Positions 17,220 to 27,486 of a stretch of 63,172 nt of DNA are shown here, in pieces. Made by a program: the position numbers and the translations under genes. The DNA comes from an uncultured Candidatus Saccharibacteria bacterium (lineage in GTDB: Bacteria > Patescibacteriota > WWE3 > UBA101185 > 2-01-FULL-41-18), in the NCBI GenBank assembly GCA_964636285.1, contig CAZWQF010000007.1:1-63172 (forward strand), in the 5' to 3' direction. The notes under the pieces were generated by a model. The model saw only the letters and a list, made by a program, of their open reading frames with translations, was not told the DNA's origin and did no database searches. How positions within the stretch are numbered: position 1 is the first letter of the stretch; every line of letters begins with the position of its first letter.

Positions 17220-18699
17220 GAATCTAGGAAAGTGGCAGGTCATAAGTTTAATATCCAGATTTACAGCCCTCTTTGTAGGGTTGGCTCAGAGTATAGTAAT
17301 CACTAGGATATTAACTGTTTCAGAATTTGGTCTTGTAAGCCTTGTTGGTGCTATAGGTGCCATGGCGGGGATTGCGCAGCACCTGGGTCTGGCCTCTGGA
17401 ACCACAAGAGAAATATCCGCATCAAAAGATACCAGAGACATTTTTAAAATTTTGGTATCCTCAGTTATTATTAAATACGTTGTTACAATACCAATAGCCA
17501 TGTTTTTGTTCGTGAGCGCAGGTTATTTTGCCAGTACAGTATATAAACATCCTGAGATTACCATCCCTATTCAGTTGTACGCACTTGTTTTGGTAATCCA
17601 AGGGGTGCAAAGCATTTTTAATTCTGTAATCGCTGGGTTGCAAAAATTTAAAGCTCTATTTGTGTACCAGACAGCAATAGCCGTTGTTAGTTTGGCGTTA
17701 TACATTCCACTAATATATTTTTTTAGAGTTGATGGGTATTTCTATGCTTTAGTGCTATTTAATTTATTAGGTTCAATAATTCTTGCCATCCTTGCTCTAT
17801 GGCCACTAAGACTAAGTTTAAAGTATCCAGATAAGAAAGAGTTTGGAGGAATGTTTAAAAACATATTTGTCTTGAGCATGGCAATATATTTTGTCAAAGT
17901 TTTGTACACTGTATGGTACAAATTCGGTCAGCTCTCATTGGGTTATATAAATGCAATCGAAGCAGTAGGAGTATTTAGTTTTGGCTTGTTGTACTCATCA
18001 AAACTAATGACTATTTCAGATGCTCTAACTGATGTGAACTTGCCTGTTTTTACCAAAGAGTTTGCAACAAATATTGAAAACTTTAGAAAAATATTCACCG
18101 AAAACTTTAACAGACTCTACCTACTTATACTATTTGCTGGAGTTTCTGCAATTTTTTGGTTTAAAGATATTGTTGCGATTGTTGGTCTTACATCAAAATA
18201 CGAATCCTCTTACTTTATAATAGCGCCGCTAGTGCTGTCTTTTGCATTCTATTCGTACGTAAATTTGCTTAAGTCCAGCGTGTTTATACCTGCTAAGATG
18301 ATGGTTGAAATGATAATTGGGTATTCAGCTATGTTAGTGGGTACAATTTTAAGTTTTGCAATTTTATGTTTGTCGTTTTACGGAAGCAGTGACTATAAAG
18401 TTTATATTGATAACATGGCAAATATAAATTTTATGTCATACGCAATGCTCGTTGGGTCAGCACTCGGGTTTATAGTTATGTCTGTTTTAGCAAAAATAAA
18501 GATAAATTTAAATGTGCTTGATTCAAAGGCAATCACATTGTCTTTGTATCTGATTACTTTGATGGTTGGTCATTTGATACTAGTGACGCCCTTCGTGAGA
18601 TATGTCTTTTACTTTTTACATTTTGTAGTGTTTTTCTATTTGCTTGATGTTATGAAAATATTTAGTTTAAGAAAAGTTATACTTCAAAAATTTTCATGA
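17212..18699 (+). CDS. Wzx/MOP-superfamily polysaccharide flippase
   Basis: GTG at 17212 is preceded by GGAGG (17201-17205); the track ORF starts at 17158. ISRFTALFVGLAQSIVITRILTVSEFGLVSLVGAIGAM is a typical Wzx N-terminus. About 12-14 TM segments. Confidence 0.7.
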   Translation: MSKNLGKWQVISLISRFTALFVGLAQSIVITRILTVSEFGLVSLVGAIGAMAGIAQHLGLASGTTREISASKDTRDIFKILVSSVIIKYVVTIPIAMFLFVSAGYFASTVYKHPEITIPIQLYALVLVIQGVQSIFNSVIAGLQKFKALFVYQTAIAVVSLALYIPLIYFFRVDGYFYALVLFNLLGSIILAILALWPLRLSLKYPDKKEFGGMFKNIFVLSMAIYFVKVLYTVWYKFGQLSLGYINAIEAVGVFSFGLLYSSKLMTISDALTDVNLPVFTKEFATNIENFRKIFTENFNRLYLLILFAGVSAIFWFKDIVAIVGLTSKYESSYFIIAPLVLSFAFYSYVNLLKSSVFIPAKMMVEMIIGYSAMLVGTILSFAILCLSFYGSSDYKVYIDNMANINFMSYAMLVGSALGFIVMSVLAKIKINLNVLDSKAITLSLYLITLMVGHLILVTPFVRYVFYFLHFVVFFYLLDVMKIFSLRKVILQKFS

Positions 18700-19586
18700 A
18701 ACAAAATAAAAATATTAAAAAAACTTTAATAAAAATTTCTATCAGTCTTGTTCTTGGCGTTATTCTTTACTTTATGCTTGATAAGAAACAATTCATAGAG
18801 AGTATTTCTAAGCTGAATCTTGTATACCTCCCCTTAATATTTGGTCTAGTTGTAACAAATTATGTAATAAGCTCTATTAGGTGGAGACGCTTGCTTGATG
18901 TGTACGAAAACGCTTCGCAAATCTCGTTAGTATCCCTTATAAAGCTTTATTTTATTGGAGCTTTTTTTAGTAACTTCTTGCCTACCAGCATTGGCGGTGA
19001 CGTATACAAAGCTGTAAGACTTGGTAAGGTGCTAAATGACCAGTCAAAAGCCTTTGCTTCAACTTTTGTGGAGAGATTTAGCGGAGTAGTAATACTCGCG
19101 ATTTTTTCAAGCTTTGGGCTTATTTTGACCTTCAAATGGTTAGGAGTGCTTTTATTTGTATCTTTTTGGATTTGTGCATTAATAGGGATTAGATTTATAG
19201 ATTTGTTGGGAGCAAAAGTTAAGAAACTTGAGAAATTTGTTGATGCTATAAAGCTCTACTTTGCTAGAAAAGATATTTTAGCTTACGCTTTTTTTACCTC
19301 AATTTTTGTCCAGATTTGTTCTATTCTAACGCAACATTTTATATTCATAGCATTAGGGTATAAAATTCCGATTGGGTATTCTTTCTTTGCTTTTCCTGTA
19401 ATTATTTTAGCAAGCTTTTTAATCCCATCGCAAAATTCATTTGGAGTTCAGGACGCATTGTACGCAACATTTTTCTTGCAGGTTGGAATAACGGCTGCAG
19501 CTGCGGTATCAGCATCGGTTATTTATCATATTGTGAGGCTAATTATAAGTCTTATTGGAGGTTTATTTTATGCAATTGAAAAATAA
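18696..19586 (+). CDS. UPF0104 / lysyl-PG-synthase-TM-like flippase-like membrane protein
   Basis: FIGAFFSNFLPTSIGGDVYKA motif; 8 hydrophobic segments; 296 aa. Confidence 0.6.
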   Translation: MKQNKNIKKTLIKISISLVLGVILYFMLDKKQFIESISKLNLVYLPLIFGLVVTNYVISSIRWRRLLDVYENASQISLVSLIKLYFIGAFFSNFLPTSIGGDVYKAVRLGKVLNDQSKAFASTFVERFSGVVILAIFSSFGLILTFKWLGVLLFVSFWICALIGIRFIDLLGAKVKKLEKFVDAIKLYFARKDILAYAFFTSIFVQICSILTQHFIFIALGYKIPIGYSFFAFPVIILASFLIPSQNSFGVQDALYATFFLQVGITAAAAVSASVIYHIVRLIISLIGGLFYAIEK

Positions 19587-21144
19587 GTTTGTTGGGCTAT
19601 TTTACAGAATAAGAGAAAACCAAAAATGGTCAATGTTTTTAACTATGATTTTTTTGGTTGTACTTTTTGGAATTACACATTTACCTAGACTTGGATCAGA
19701 TGAGATTAATCCAGATGCAGTAAATTGGCACCAAAGATCCGAACAGTACATTGACGCAATCAAGAGTAGGGACTTTGAAAGAACGTATCAGCACTATCAT
19801 CCAGGAGTAACACTAATGGTAATAATGGGATTTCCAATTGAAGTTGCAAAAAGAATTACTCAGGCCACCTACGACAAGTCTACCTATGAGCTATTTCATA
19901 CTGTTGCAAAATATTCACTTAACTTTGTTCTTCTACTCTTAACTATCTACTTAGTTTTAAATTTGAGTAAGATTTTTGGTTTTGTAGTAAGTTATTCTGT
20001 TGGATTACTACTCACCTTAGACCCGTTTTTCTTGGGGAACGCAAGAATTTTGCATATGGACGCGCTCCTTTCAATGTTTGTGATGAACGCGCTAGTTCTA
20101 ATGTACCTTGCATACCACAAAAAATCAGTCAGGAACTTGATTCTTGGCTCAGTATTTCTAGGCCTATCCTTTTGGACTAAAAATGTTGCATTAATTCCAA
20201 TTGCTTATTCAATATGTTTTCTAATTGGGCTTGCAGTAGTGAAAAAAGTAGCCCCAATTTTTTCTGCAAAAGGGATACTCCTTATTGTCTTGAATTTTGT
20301 TTTGGTTGGGGTTTTTGTACTACCAGCACTTTGGGTTAATCCCAATAGAGTTATAACTAAGATGTACGGTGGGAGCAAAACAGTTGTTGACGAGGGGCAT
20401 GAGCAAAAATTCTTTGGAGTTAAAACTGACGATCCGGGATTTTTTTACTACCCACTAGTTCTTGCATATAAGCTGTCTCCACAAGTTTTAATTGGATTTT
20501 TAATAAGTATTGTTTGGCTTGCAATTTTGATTTTCCGTGACGGGAAAGGTGTTTTAAATAGTAAAAATTTACCTTTATATTATTTTCTTCTATATTTTGT
20601 CTGTTATTTCACAGCATTTTCAATTTCCAGTAAAAAAATTGACAGGTACATGCTCCCACTCTTTCCAGTGATTTATTTATTTGTCTCATACTTTTTTATT
20701 CGAATTTATAGGAGCGCTAGCAACCCTCGTAAAGCCATTTCCTTATTGACGCTCACTATACTTACTTTGCACCCTCTCATTGCATATTTTCCTTATTACT
20801 TTGTGTACAACAGCCCTCTTTTAGGAGGAAACCCTTCTGCCGAAAAAACAATTGGTCAAAAATCATTTGGGATTGCAGTGTTTGAGGTTAGAGATTTTAT
20901 TCTTAATAATTATGGAAATGTTAAAGTAGGGTTAATAGACAGAAAACCAATTGCTCAAATATATCCCAATTCAATGGTATTTGATGCTAGGGTTATAGGG
21001 CCTCATAACTATGATGTACTTGTTTTAGATAGTGATGACGATGCGCCAAAAAAAACACAGGGCAAGTTTGTTTACAGCAAGAGTATAAAAATTGCGGGAG
21101 TAAATTACTGGAATTTCTATGTTAAAAGTACTCAGTCAGAATAA
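19570..21144 (+). CDS. GT-C-like polytopic membrane glycosyltransferase (paralog of 22632-24215)
   Basis: ATG at 19570 lies 8 nt after GGAGG (19557-19561). The first-loop motif TYQHYHPGVTLM is shared with the 22632 gene. Polytopic. Confidence 0.6.
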   Translation: MQLKNKFVGLFYRIRENQKWSMFLTMIFLVVLFGITHLPRLGSDEINPDAVNWHQRSEQYIDAIKSRDFERTYQHYHPGVTLMVIMGFPIEVAKRITQATYDKSTYELFHTVAKYSLNFVLLLLTIYLVLNLSKIFGFVVSYSVGLLLTLDPFFLGNARILHMDALLSMFVMNALVLMYLAYHKKSVRNLILGSVFLGLSFWTKNVALIPIAYSICFLIGLAVVKKVAPIFSAKGILLIVLNFVLVGVFVLPALWVNPNRVITKMYGGSKTVVDEGHEQKFFGVKTDDPGFFYYPLVLAYKLSPQVLIGFLISIVWLAILIFRDGKGVLNSKNLPLYYFLLYFVCYFTAFSISSKKIDRYMLPLFPVIYLFVSYFFIRIYRSASNPRKAISLLTLTILTLHPLIAYFPYYFVYNSPLLGGNPSAEKTIGQKSFGIAVFEVRDFILNNYGNVKVGLIDRKPIAQIYPNSMVFDARVIGPHNYDVLVLDSDDDAPKKTQGKFVYSKSIKIAGVNYWNFYVKSTQSE

Positions 21145-22651
21145 ATACCTAATCTTAATAATTTCCATTGGGCTTGCCCTTAGGTTATATGGCATAGGCC
21201 ATGGTTTTCCATATATTTACAATGTTGATGAGCCTGCATTGGTTAGATCCGCAAGTCAAATTAGGTTTGATATAAACCCAAAGCACTTTGATTGGCCCCA
21301 CATGCACTTCTATTTAAATTATTTACTGTTTACAGCCTTTAGTGCTGCTAGGTCAGTGATTCAAATGGCTGGATTAAAGTCCTCATTAATTGCTTCATTT
21401 CCTCTTCTCTGGAGGGATCCACTTATTTTCTATTATTTAGCTCGAGCTTTTAATGCTTTCTTAGGAACGGGTACTATTCTTGTTATGTATTTTATAGGCT
21501 CAAAACTTATGGGAAGAAAAGCTGGAGTTGTTTCTGCATTAGCTATGGCGCTTTTTCCGTACCATGTTTGGGCGTCCCATTTTGCTCTAATAGACGTACC
21601 AATGACTTTTTGGTTTAGTCTAAGTGTCTTGTTTTCTATAAATATCTATAAAGAGGGTAGATGGAAGGATTATATTTTGGCAGGTCTGTTCGCTGGATTT
21701 TCTGCTTCCACAAAATATAACGGTGGGTTTGCAGTCTTAATTATTTTTCTTGCTTATTTATTAAGAATTCAGTCGGAAAATGTTTTGAGTTTTGATTTTG
21801 CTAAGGTTCTATCAAATAAAAATACAAAGGCTATTTTGGTTGCTGCTGTTTTTTCTGTAATTGGCTTTTTTGCAGGAACGCCTTTTGCCCTTTTTGATTA
21901 CAAAACTTTTTCCATCACCGACTCTCCAAAAGGAGCATACTGGCAATTTACTAATGTAGGTAAAGTTAATGCTGGAGAGTACTTTGAGCAGTTATTACAA
22001 GTTCTTACAACTAGATTTGCAGATGAATTTGGAGTCACTTACCTAGTAATCTTTGAACTTTATATTTTATTTGTGGCAATTGCAAAAAGAGAAAAGAGCA
22101 GGCTCCTAGTTTTGATACCGGGCATATTTTATTTTCTTTATGTCACTTCGTTTGATAAAAATAGAATTCATTACTATATGCTAACTTTTCCGTTCATAGC
22201 ACTAATGGTTGCTGATGTATTTGTGTATTTGGAAGAGCTTCTTATAATTAGGTTCAGTCATAAAAAATACATGATTGCCTTAGTATGTTCAGCCATCTTC
22301 TTTGCCCCTTTAGTGATCTCGCTTCAAAAAGCTTTTTTTATATCACAGCCTGACACTAGAAACATTGTGTCTGAATGGGTCAGGGCTAATGTCCCAGCAG
22401 GTGCAACTATCTACTACTCTGGAGGAGACCTTGAAGCGGTTGTAGCAGATTTGAACTTTAAGACAAAAAAAGCAGGATCACTAAGTAACCTAAACATAAT
22501 GTCAGGCTCATATGTGCTAGTTTCTACAAATCAAACTATATTGGAGAATCAGGCCTTGAAAAATTTAAGTTTAAAATCGGATGTTGTATTTTTAAACGAA
22601 CCTTTTGGATCAAGGCCAGGACCAAATATTTATGTACTTGCTATTAAATAA
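21119..22651 (+). CDS. ArnT/PMT-like GT-C membrane glycosyltransferase
   Basis: LRLYGIGHGFPYIYNVDEPALV first loop, GSKLMGRKAGVVSALAMALFPYHV, polytopic. Confidence 0.6.
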   Translation: MLKVLSQNKYLILIISIGLALRLYGIGHGFPYIYNVDEPALVRSASQIRFDINPKHFDWPHMHFYLNYLLFTAFSAARSVIQMAGLKSSLIASFPLLWRDPLIFYYLARAFNAFLGTGTILVMYFIGSKLMGRKAGVVSALAMALFPYHVWASHFALIDVPMTFWFSLSVLFSINIYKEGRWKDYILAGLFAGFSASTKYNGGFAVLIIFLAYLLRIQSENVLSFDFAKVLSNKNTKAILVAAVFSVIGFFAGTPFALFDYKTFSITDSPKGAYWQFTNVGKVNAGEYFEQLLQVLTTRFADEFGVTYLVIFELYILFVAIAKREKSRLLVLIPGIFYFLYVTSFDKNRIHYYMLTFPFIALMVADVFVYLEELLIIRFSHKKYMIALVCSAIFFAPLVISLQKAFFISQPDTRNIVSEWVRANVPAGATIYYSGGDLEAVVADLNFKTKKAGSLSNLNIMSGSYVLVSTNQTILENQALKNLSLKSDVVFLNEPFGSRPGPNIYVLAIK

Positions 22652-24215
22652 ACTTAAAAACTTGCTCCCTGAGATCCTAGTATTTTTGCTCTTAATTGGC
22701 ATGAGAATACCGGATCTTGGAAGAGATACCTTTAATACTGATGTATGGAAGTGGAAAAACAGGACTTACGATTTTTTGAATGCTGTTACATCTGCAAACG
22801 CAGAAGGGACATACCAAACATACCACCCAGGCGTTACCTTGATGGCTCTAGGAGGGGCTGGAACACTAACATATAATGCTTCGTATAAATTAACGCACAG
22901 GGGCATCAAGCCGCCTGATGGTAACCAAACTATTCTTGGAGTGCACACATTTCAGAAAATTGCGGTAGCTCTGGCGATTTCAACACTACTTACATATACC
23001 TTTTGGATTTTAAGAGGGCTTCACGGACTTATTTTCCCCGCAGTCTTTACTTTGCTTCTAAACACAGAGCCTTTTTTTATTGCTCATACGCGAGAGTTTC
23101 ATCTTGAGGGTCTTGTTACTGCGTTCATGCTCGCTTCGTTTGTTAGCTTATACAAATTTTTAGTAACTTTTGAAGAAGGAAGTGCGTTTAGAGTAAGAAG
23201 AACTTTTGTGCTCTCAGCAATATTTGCTTCCTTGACAATTTTGACTAAAAGCTCAGGGCTATTTATTGTCCCCTTTAACTTAATGGTGCTAGTTTGCTTA
23301 TTAGGGCTTAAAAAATTTAGCGTGAAGGATATATTAAAAATTGGAAGCATCTGGACTGCTTTATTCGTGTTAATTTTTGTGATGGCTTGGCCATCTATGT
23401 GGGTCCAACCTATCTACACTCTACAGAGATACTTTGGCGGTGTTCAGGAGGTTGGCCTTGAGGGAGATCATCTTCAGTTGTATTTTGGAAAATATGTTGA
23501 GAACCCTGGACCCTTCTTTTACTTATTAAATATCATTCTTAGAGTGACACCGGAAATGCTGCTTGTTTTCATGGGCTCAACAGCACTTCTAATATTAGGG
23601 ATAAAAAAGAAATTTTCAACTAAGGCTCTATTATCTATCTGCGTATTGTACTCTGCACTATTTTTAATTTACTTATCGATACCAACAAAAAAACTTGATA
23701 GGTACATAATTCCTATGTTTCCATTCGTGATAATGGGTGCGTCTATTTATATTAAGCTTATTTTGGATTTAGCAAGGTCATCAAGCTCGGTAATTAAAAG
23801 AAGGGTAGCGTATGGTGTGCTCAGCCTGTTTTTATTGTTCAGAGTTATTCAACTTGCATACTACCATCCAAGTTATTTGTTTTATTACACTCCCGTTATT
23901 GGAGCAAAAGAGGCAATTGGTATTGTAGAGCCAAAATGGGCATTTGCAGCGCCGTTAGTAGCATCGCATTTTGAATCCATGGGTGGTCAAAAGTTTAATG
24001 TTGTTTTTCCCGAGAAATATTACACTCAGATGTACCCCTTTTTCACTACAAAGGGGACAGGAATCCTAGACAAAAAAGAAGATGCCTTAAAGGCAAAGTA
24101 CTTTGTGTATCCAGTCTGGGAGGACTTATCTGGACAATCAAAATATAAAATAAAGTTTTCTGAAACCATAAAACTAAAAGGAGTAGCATTATATAATGTT
24201 TATGAAAAATATTAG
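22632..24215 (+). CDS. GT-C-like polytopic membrane glycosyltransferase (paralog of 19570-21144)
   Basis: First ATG in the ORF; TTG at 22605 is the alternative start. TYQTYHPGVTLM motif, KKLDRYIIPMFP versus KKIDRYMLPLFP in the paralog. Confidence 0.6.
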   Translation: MYLLLNKLKNLLPEILVFLLLIGMRIPDLGRDTFNTDVWKWKNRTYDFLNAVTSANAEGTYQTYHPGVTLMALGGAGTLTYNASYKLTHRGIKPPDGNQTILGVHTFQKIAVALAISTLLTYTFWILRGLHGLIFPAVFTLLLNTEPFFIAHTREFHLEGLVTAFMLASFVSLYKFLVTFEEGSAFRVRRTFVLSAIFASLTILTKSSGLFIVPFNLMVLVCLLGLKKFSVKDILKIGSIWTALFVLIFVMAWPSMWVQPIYTLQRYFGGVQEVGLEGDHLQLYFGKYVENPGPFFYLLNIILRVTPEMLLVFMGSTALLILGIKKKFSTKALLSICVLYSALFLIYLSIPTKKLDRYIIPMFPFVIMGASIYIKLILDLARSSSSVIKRRVAYGVLSLFLLFRVIQLAYYHPSYLFYYTPVIGAKEAIGIVEPKWAFAAPLVASHFESMGGQKFNVVFPEKYYTQMYPFFTTKGTGILDKKEDALKAKYFVYPVWEDLSGQSKYKIKFSETIKLKGVALYNVYEKY

Positions 24216-25485
24216 TGCATCCTTCTTTTCCTCTTTTTTTAAAAACGAAGCTCTAAATAGCACAGCAATTGTGTCAGGAGGTATTTTTTTAGCTTCAATA
24301 ATCAACTACTTCTTTCAGATTTTAGTTGCTAGAAATACCTCAGTGCATGATTTTGGAGACTTTACCGCTCTTCTATCTTTGAGCGCAATCTTTTTGGTTC
24401 CAGCAAATGCAATAATGGCAGCCTCAATAAAAGAAGTCACTCAAATTATAAAAAAAGATAACAATAAATTAAGCACTAGGTTTTTCCTTGAACTTACAAT
24501 ACTGACAATGCTTACGGGATTTTTTGTTGCTAGTGGTGTTTTTCTGTTTTCATCCTATGCAATGAGGTCATTAAAAATTGAAAATATTTTTTATGTTTAT
24601 TCGTTTTGTTTCATGATGCTTTTTTCATACGTGATAGTGGTGCCTAACACATATTTACAGGCATATTTGAGATTCACAAAATTTTCAATCAGTACTGCAA
24701 CAGCTGCCGTGTTTAGATTTGCTTTGCCTTTGACACTACTTTTTTTGGGATTTGGTGTTTCAGGCCTGTTTGTTGGTATGGGAATTGCCCTACTAGCTTC
24801 CTTTCTTTTTGGAAGTGCCCTCACCATGGATGTGTTTAAGGAGGGTTTTCATCCTTCCTCATCCGGAGTGTATAAGAGCCTTCTGAAAACATCTTTATCA
24901 GCACTTCTATTAAACCTTGGAATGACAATGCTTAATAATGTGGATGTAATTTTTGTTAAATACAGGCTGTCCTCACTCGATGCAGGTACCTATGCAGGGC
25001 TTGTTACCGTTGGGAAAGTGTTTTTGTTTGGAGCTGGATCTATTGCTCTTATTATGTACCCTCAGATTTCAAACGCCTACGCCCTAGGAAAGGGGTATAT
25101 TCGGAAACTAAAACTCTTTACGCTTATACAGCTTTTTCTTGTTATTGGTGGGCTGATTGTATTCTCACTCTTTCCAGAGATGATAATTAAGGTAATGTTT
25201 GGCGACTCGTTTTTGGGTGCTGCCAAGTACCTTCCAATGTTTTCAGTTTTCACAGCGCTTTACATTTTAAGTAATTTTGCGGCCTATTTTCTTTTAGCTG
25301 TGTCATTAAACAAAATGTTTGTAGTTCAAGTATTGGCGGGAATATTGCAGGTAATTTTGCTTTCTTTTTGTTCGAGTATTGATTCGGTAATTAAATCAAA
25401 TATTATAGTTGCTTTATTTTTGCTCTCAGGCTTGATATTGTACTATAAGCTCTATGCTCGTATCGATAATAGTCCCAGCATATAA
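24196..25485 (+). CDS. Wzx/MOP-superfamily polysaccharide flippase
   Basis: GGIFLASIINYFFQILVARNTSVHDFGDFTALLSL; about 12 TM segments. Confidence 0.65.
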   Translation: MFMKNISASFFSSFFKNEALNSTAIVSGGIFLASIINYFFQILVARNTSVHDFGDFTALLSLSAIFLVPANAIMAASIKEVTQIIKKDNNKLSTRFFLELTILTMLTGFFVASGVFLFSSYAMRSLKIENIFYVYSFCFMMLFSYVIVVPNTYLQAYLRFTKFSISTATAAVFRFALPLTLLFLGFGVSGLFVGMGIALLASFLFGSALTMDVFKEGFHPSSSGVYKSLLKTSLSALLLNLGMTMLNNVDVIFVKYRLSSLDAGTYAGLVTVGKVFLFGAGSIALIMYPQISNAYALGKGYIRKLKLFTLIQLFLVIGGLIVFSLFPEMIIKVMFGDSFLGAAKYLPMFSVFTALYILSNFAAYFLLAVSLNKMFVVQVLAGILQVILLSFCSSIDSVIKSNIIVALFLLSGLILYYKLYARIDNSPSI

Positions 25486-26242
25486 ACAGGAAAAAACCAT
25501 CAAGAAAGATATTCTCAATATCCATAAGGTAATGAGCTCTACAAGATATGAGTTTGAAATTCTTGTTGTAGTTGACGGTTTTCTGGATGATACATTTAAA
25601 CGAGCCAAGAGCCTTGAACTTGATAACATAAAAGTTTTGGGATACGAAAAGAATAGGGGAAAGGGGTTCGCAGTAAGGTACGGAATGACTAGGGCAAGAG
25701 GAGGCTTGATTGCCTTTATTGATTCTGGCATGGAAATTGATGCTAATGGCATTTCAATGGTTCTCGAGCACATGCAGTGGTATTCCGCAGATATTATAGT
25801 TGGTAGTAAGAGGCACCCGGCTTCCAGAGTTCATTACCCCTTTATTAGAAGGGTTTACAGCATTGGGTATCAATTGCTTGTCTTGATGCTATTCTGGTTA
25901 CGAATTAGAGATACACAAACAGGTCTAAAAGTTTTTAGGAGAGAGGTTTTGGAGGATACACTTCCAAGGCTTACAATTAAGCAGTACGCATTCGATATAG
26001 AACTTTTAGCAGTTGCAAATTATCTTGGTTACAAAAGAATTTACGAAGCACCAGTTCAGGTTTCATTCGATTTTTCATCAGGTTCAAGATTTGCTGGGTT
26101 TATGCTTTTTGATCCTTTGATCAGGTCTATGCTAATTGACACCCTGGCTGTATTTTACAGAATGCGAATAAAGAACTACTATGCTACAAAGAACAAAAGC
26201 AGATGGAGGAAAGATCCCGAGCTTGTTGTTTTAAATAAGTAG
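25454..26242 (+). CDS. GT2-family glycosyltransferase
   Basis: MLVSIIVPAYKQEKTI, VVVDGFLDDT and FIDSGMEID (DxD-like region). Confidence 0.75.
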   Translation: MLVSIIVPAYKQEKTIKKDILNIHKVMSSTRYEFEILVVVDGFLDDTFKRAKSLELDNIKVLGYEKNRGKGFAVRYGMTRARGGLIAFIDSGMEIDANGISMVLEHMQWYSADIIVGSKRHPASRVHYPFIRRVYSIGYQLLVLMLFWLRIRDTQTGLKVFRREVLEDTLPRLTIKQYAFDIELLAVANYLGYKRIYEAPVQVSFDFSSGSRFAGFMLFDPLIRSMLIDTLAVFYRMRIKNYYATKNKSRWRKDPELVVLNK

Positions 26243-26244
26243 TT

Positions 26245-27255
26245 ATGCCAAAAATCTCAATTATTATACCTGTTAGAACAATTACAAATTATTTGAGAGA
26301 ATCTCTACCATTTCTTCTTGATCTTGATTATAAAAATTATGAAGTTCTGATTTTCACTGACGAAAAAGAAACGCTAGTGTGCGAATCTTCCAAGATTAAG
26401 GTTATACCATCAGGGAAAGTTGGTCCCGCAGAAAAAAGGAATTTGGCACTCAAATACGCTACTGGTGAAATTTTGGCATTTCTTGATGATGACGCCTATC
26501 CAACAAAGAATTGGCTAACTAATGCCCAAAAAGCATTTTCTTCAGAGTACTGTGGGGTAGGAGGGCCATCTATTACCCCTCCAAATGAAAATTTTATGGC
26601 GACAGTTTCTGGGGATGTTCTTTCTTCGTTTTTAACAAGCGGCGGGACAGTTCATAGGCACACCCCTCAAAATGCAAGGGTAGTGGATGATTATCCAACG
26701 GTAAATTTATTCGTGATGAAGAAAGATTTTGAGAGCGTTGGTGGGTTTAGCCCTGAATTTTGGCCTGGAGAAGACACAAAACTTTGTCTTGATTTAATTA
26801 ACCACACTGGAAAGAAGATATTTTACTCTCCAGATGTCCTTGTTTATCATCATCGAAGAGAGCTGTTTACCCCACACCTCAAGCAGATTTCTAGATACGG
26901 TATGCATAGGGGTCAATTTGCAAGAATTTTTCCTGAAACATCAAGAAAGCTTCAATACTTTATACCAAGTGTATTTGTATGTGGATTGGCCTTAGGATTT
27001 TTATTTTCCTTGCTTTTCCCAGTAGTTTTTGTTGCCTACATCGCTTCTTTAGCCTTTTACTTCTCAATTTTAATTATTGAGGGTTCAAAAGTTCTATGGA
27101 AGAGAAGAAGCCTACTGTTTCTTATTTACTTTGTAATCGGAGTGTTTCTGACTCACGTTGTGTATGGAGTTAACTTTATTTATGGACTTTTTGTTAGACC
27201 AAAGTTAAACTTGAGGTCTGTTGATAAGAAAACAAATAAGTATTTAGGAGGATAG
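26245..27255 (+). CDS. GT2-family glycosyltransferase with C-terminal TM segments
   Basis: ISIIIPVRT, AFLDDDAYP (DxD) and GEDTKLCL; 3 C-terminal hydrophobic helices. Confidence 0.75.
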   Translation: MPKISIIIPVRTITNYLRESLPFLLDLDYKNYEVLIFTDEKETLVCESSKIKVIPSGKVGPAEKRNLALKYATGEILAFLDDDAYPTKNWLTNAQKAFSSEYCGVGGPSITPPNENFMATVSGDVLSSFLTSGGTVHRHTPQNARVVDDYPTVNLFVMKKDFESVGGFSPEFWPGEDTKLCLDLINHTGKKIFYSPDVLVYHHRRELFTPHLKQISRYGMHRGQFARIFPETSRKLQYFIPSVFVCGLALGFLFSLLFPVVFVAYIASLAFYFSILIIEGSKVLWKRRSLLFLIYFVIGVFLTHVVYGVNFIYGLFVRPKLNLRSVDKKTNKYLGG

Positions 27256-27486
27256 ATGAAAATTAAAGTCACCATTGTAAGAGATCTTTGTATAGCCGCT
27301 GGAACTTGCTTAATTCATGCACCAAATACATTTGAGCTTGACGATCAAAATATTGCAGTAATTAAAGATTTAGAAAGTGACAGCGTGGTTTCGATCATTG
27401 ATGCTGCCAAATCGTGTCCTACAAAAGCAATTATTGTGCATAATGCTGAGACCGGCGAGCAGATCTGGCCTGTTGTTAATTCGTAA
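27256..27486 (+). CDS. small single-cluster ferredoxin, 3-Cys ([3Fe-4S]-type pattern CxxAxxC...CP)
   Basis: 76 aa. DLCIAAGTCLIHAPNTFELDD ... AAKSCPTKAI. The second Cys of the CxxCxxC motif is replaced by Ala. The start codon directly follows the upstream stop. Confidence 0.7.
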   Translation: MKIKVTIVRDLCIAAGTCLIHAPNTFELDDQNIAVIKDLESDSVVSIIDAAKSCPTKAIIVHNAETGEQIWPVVNS

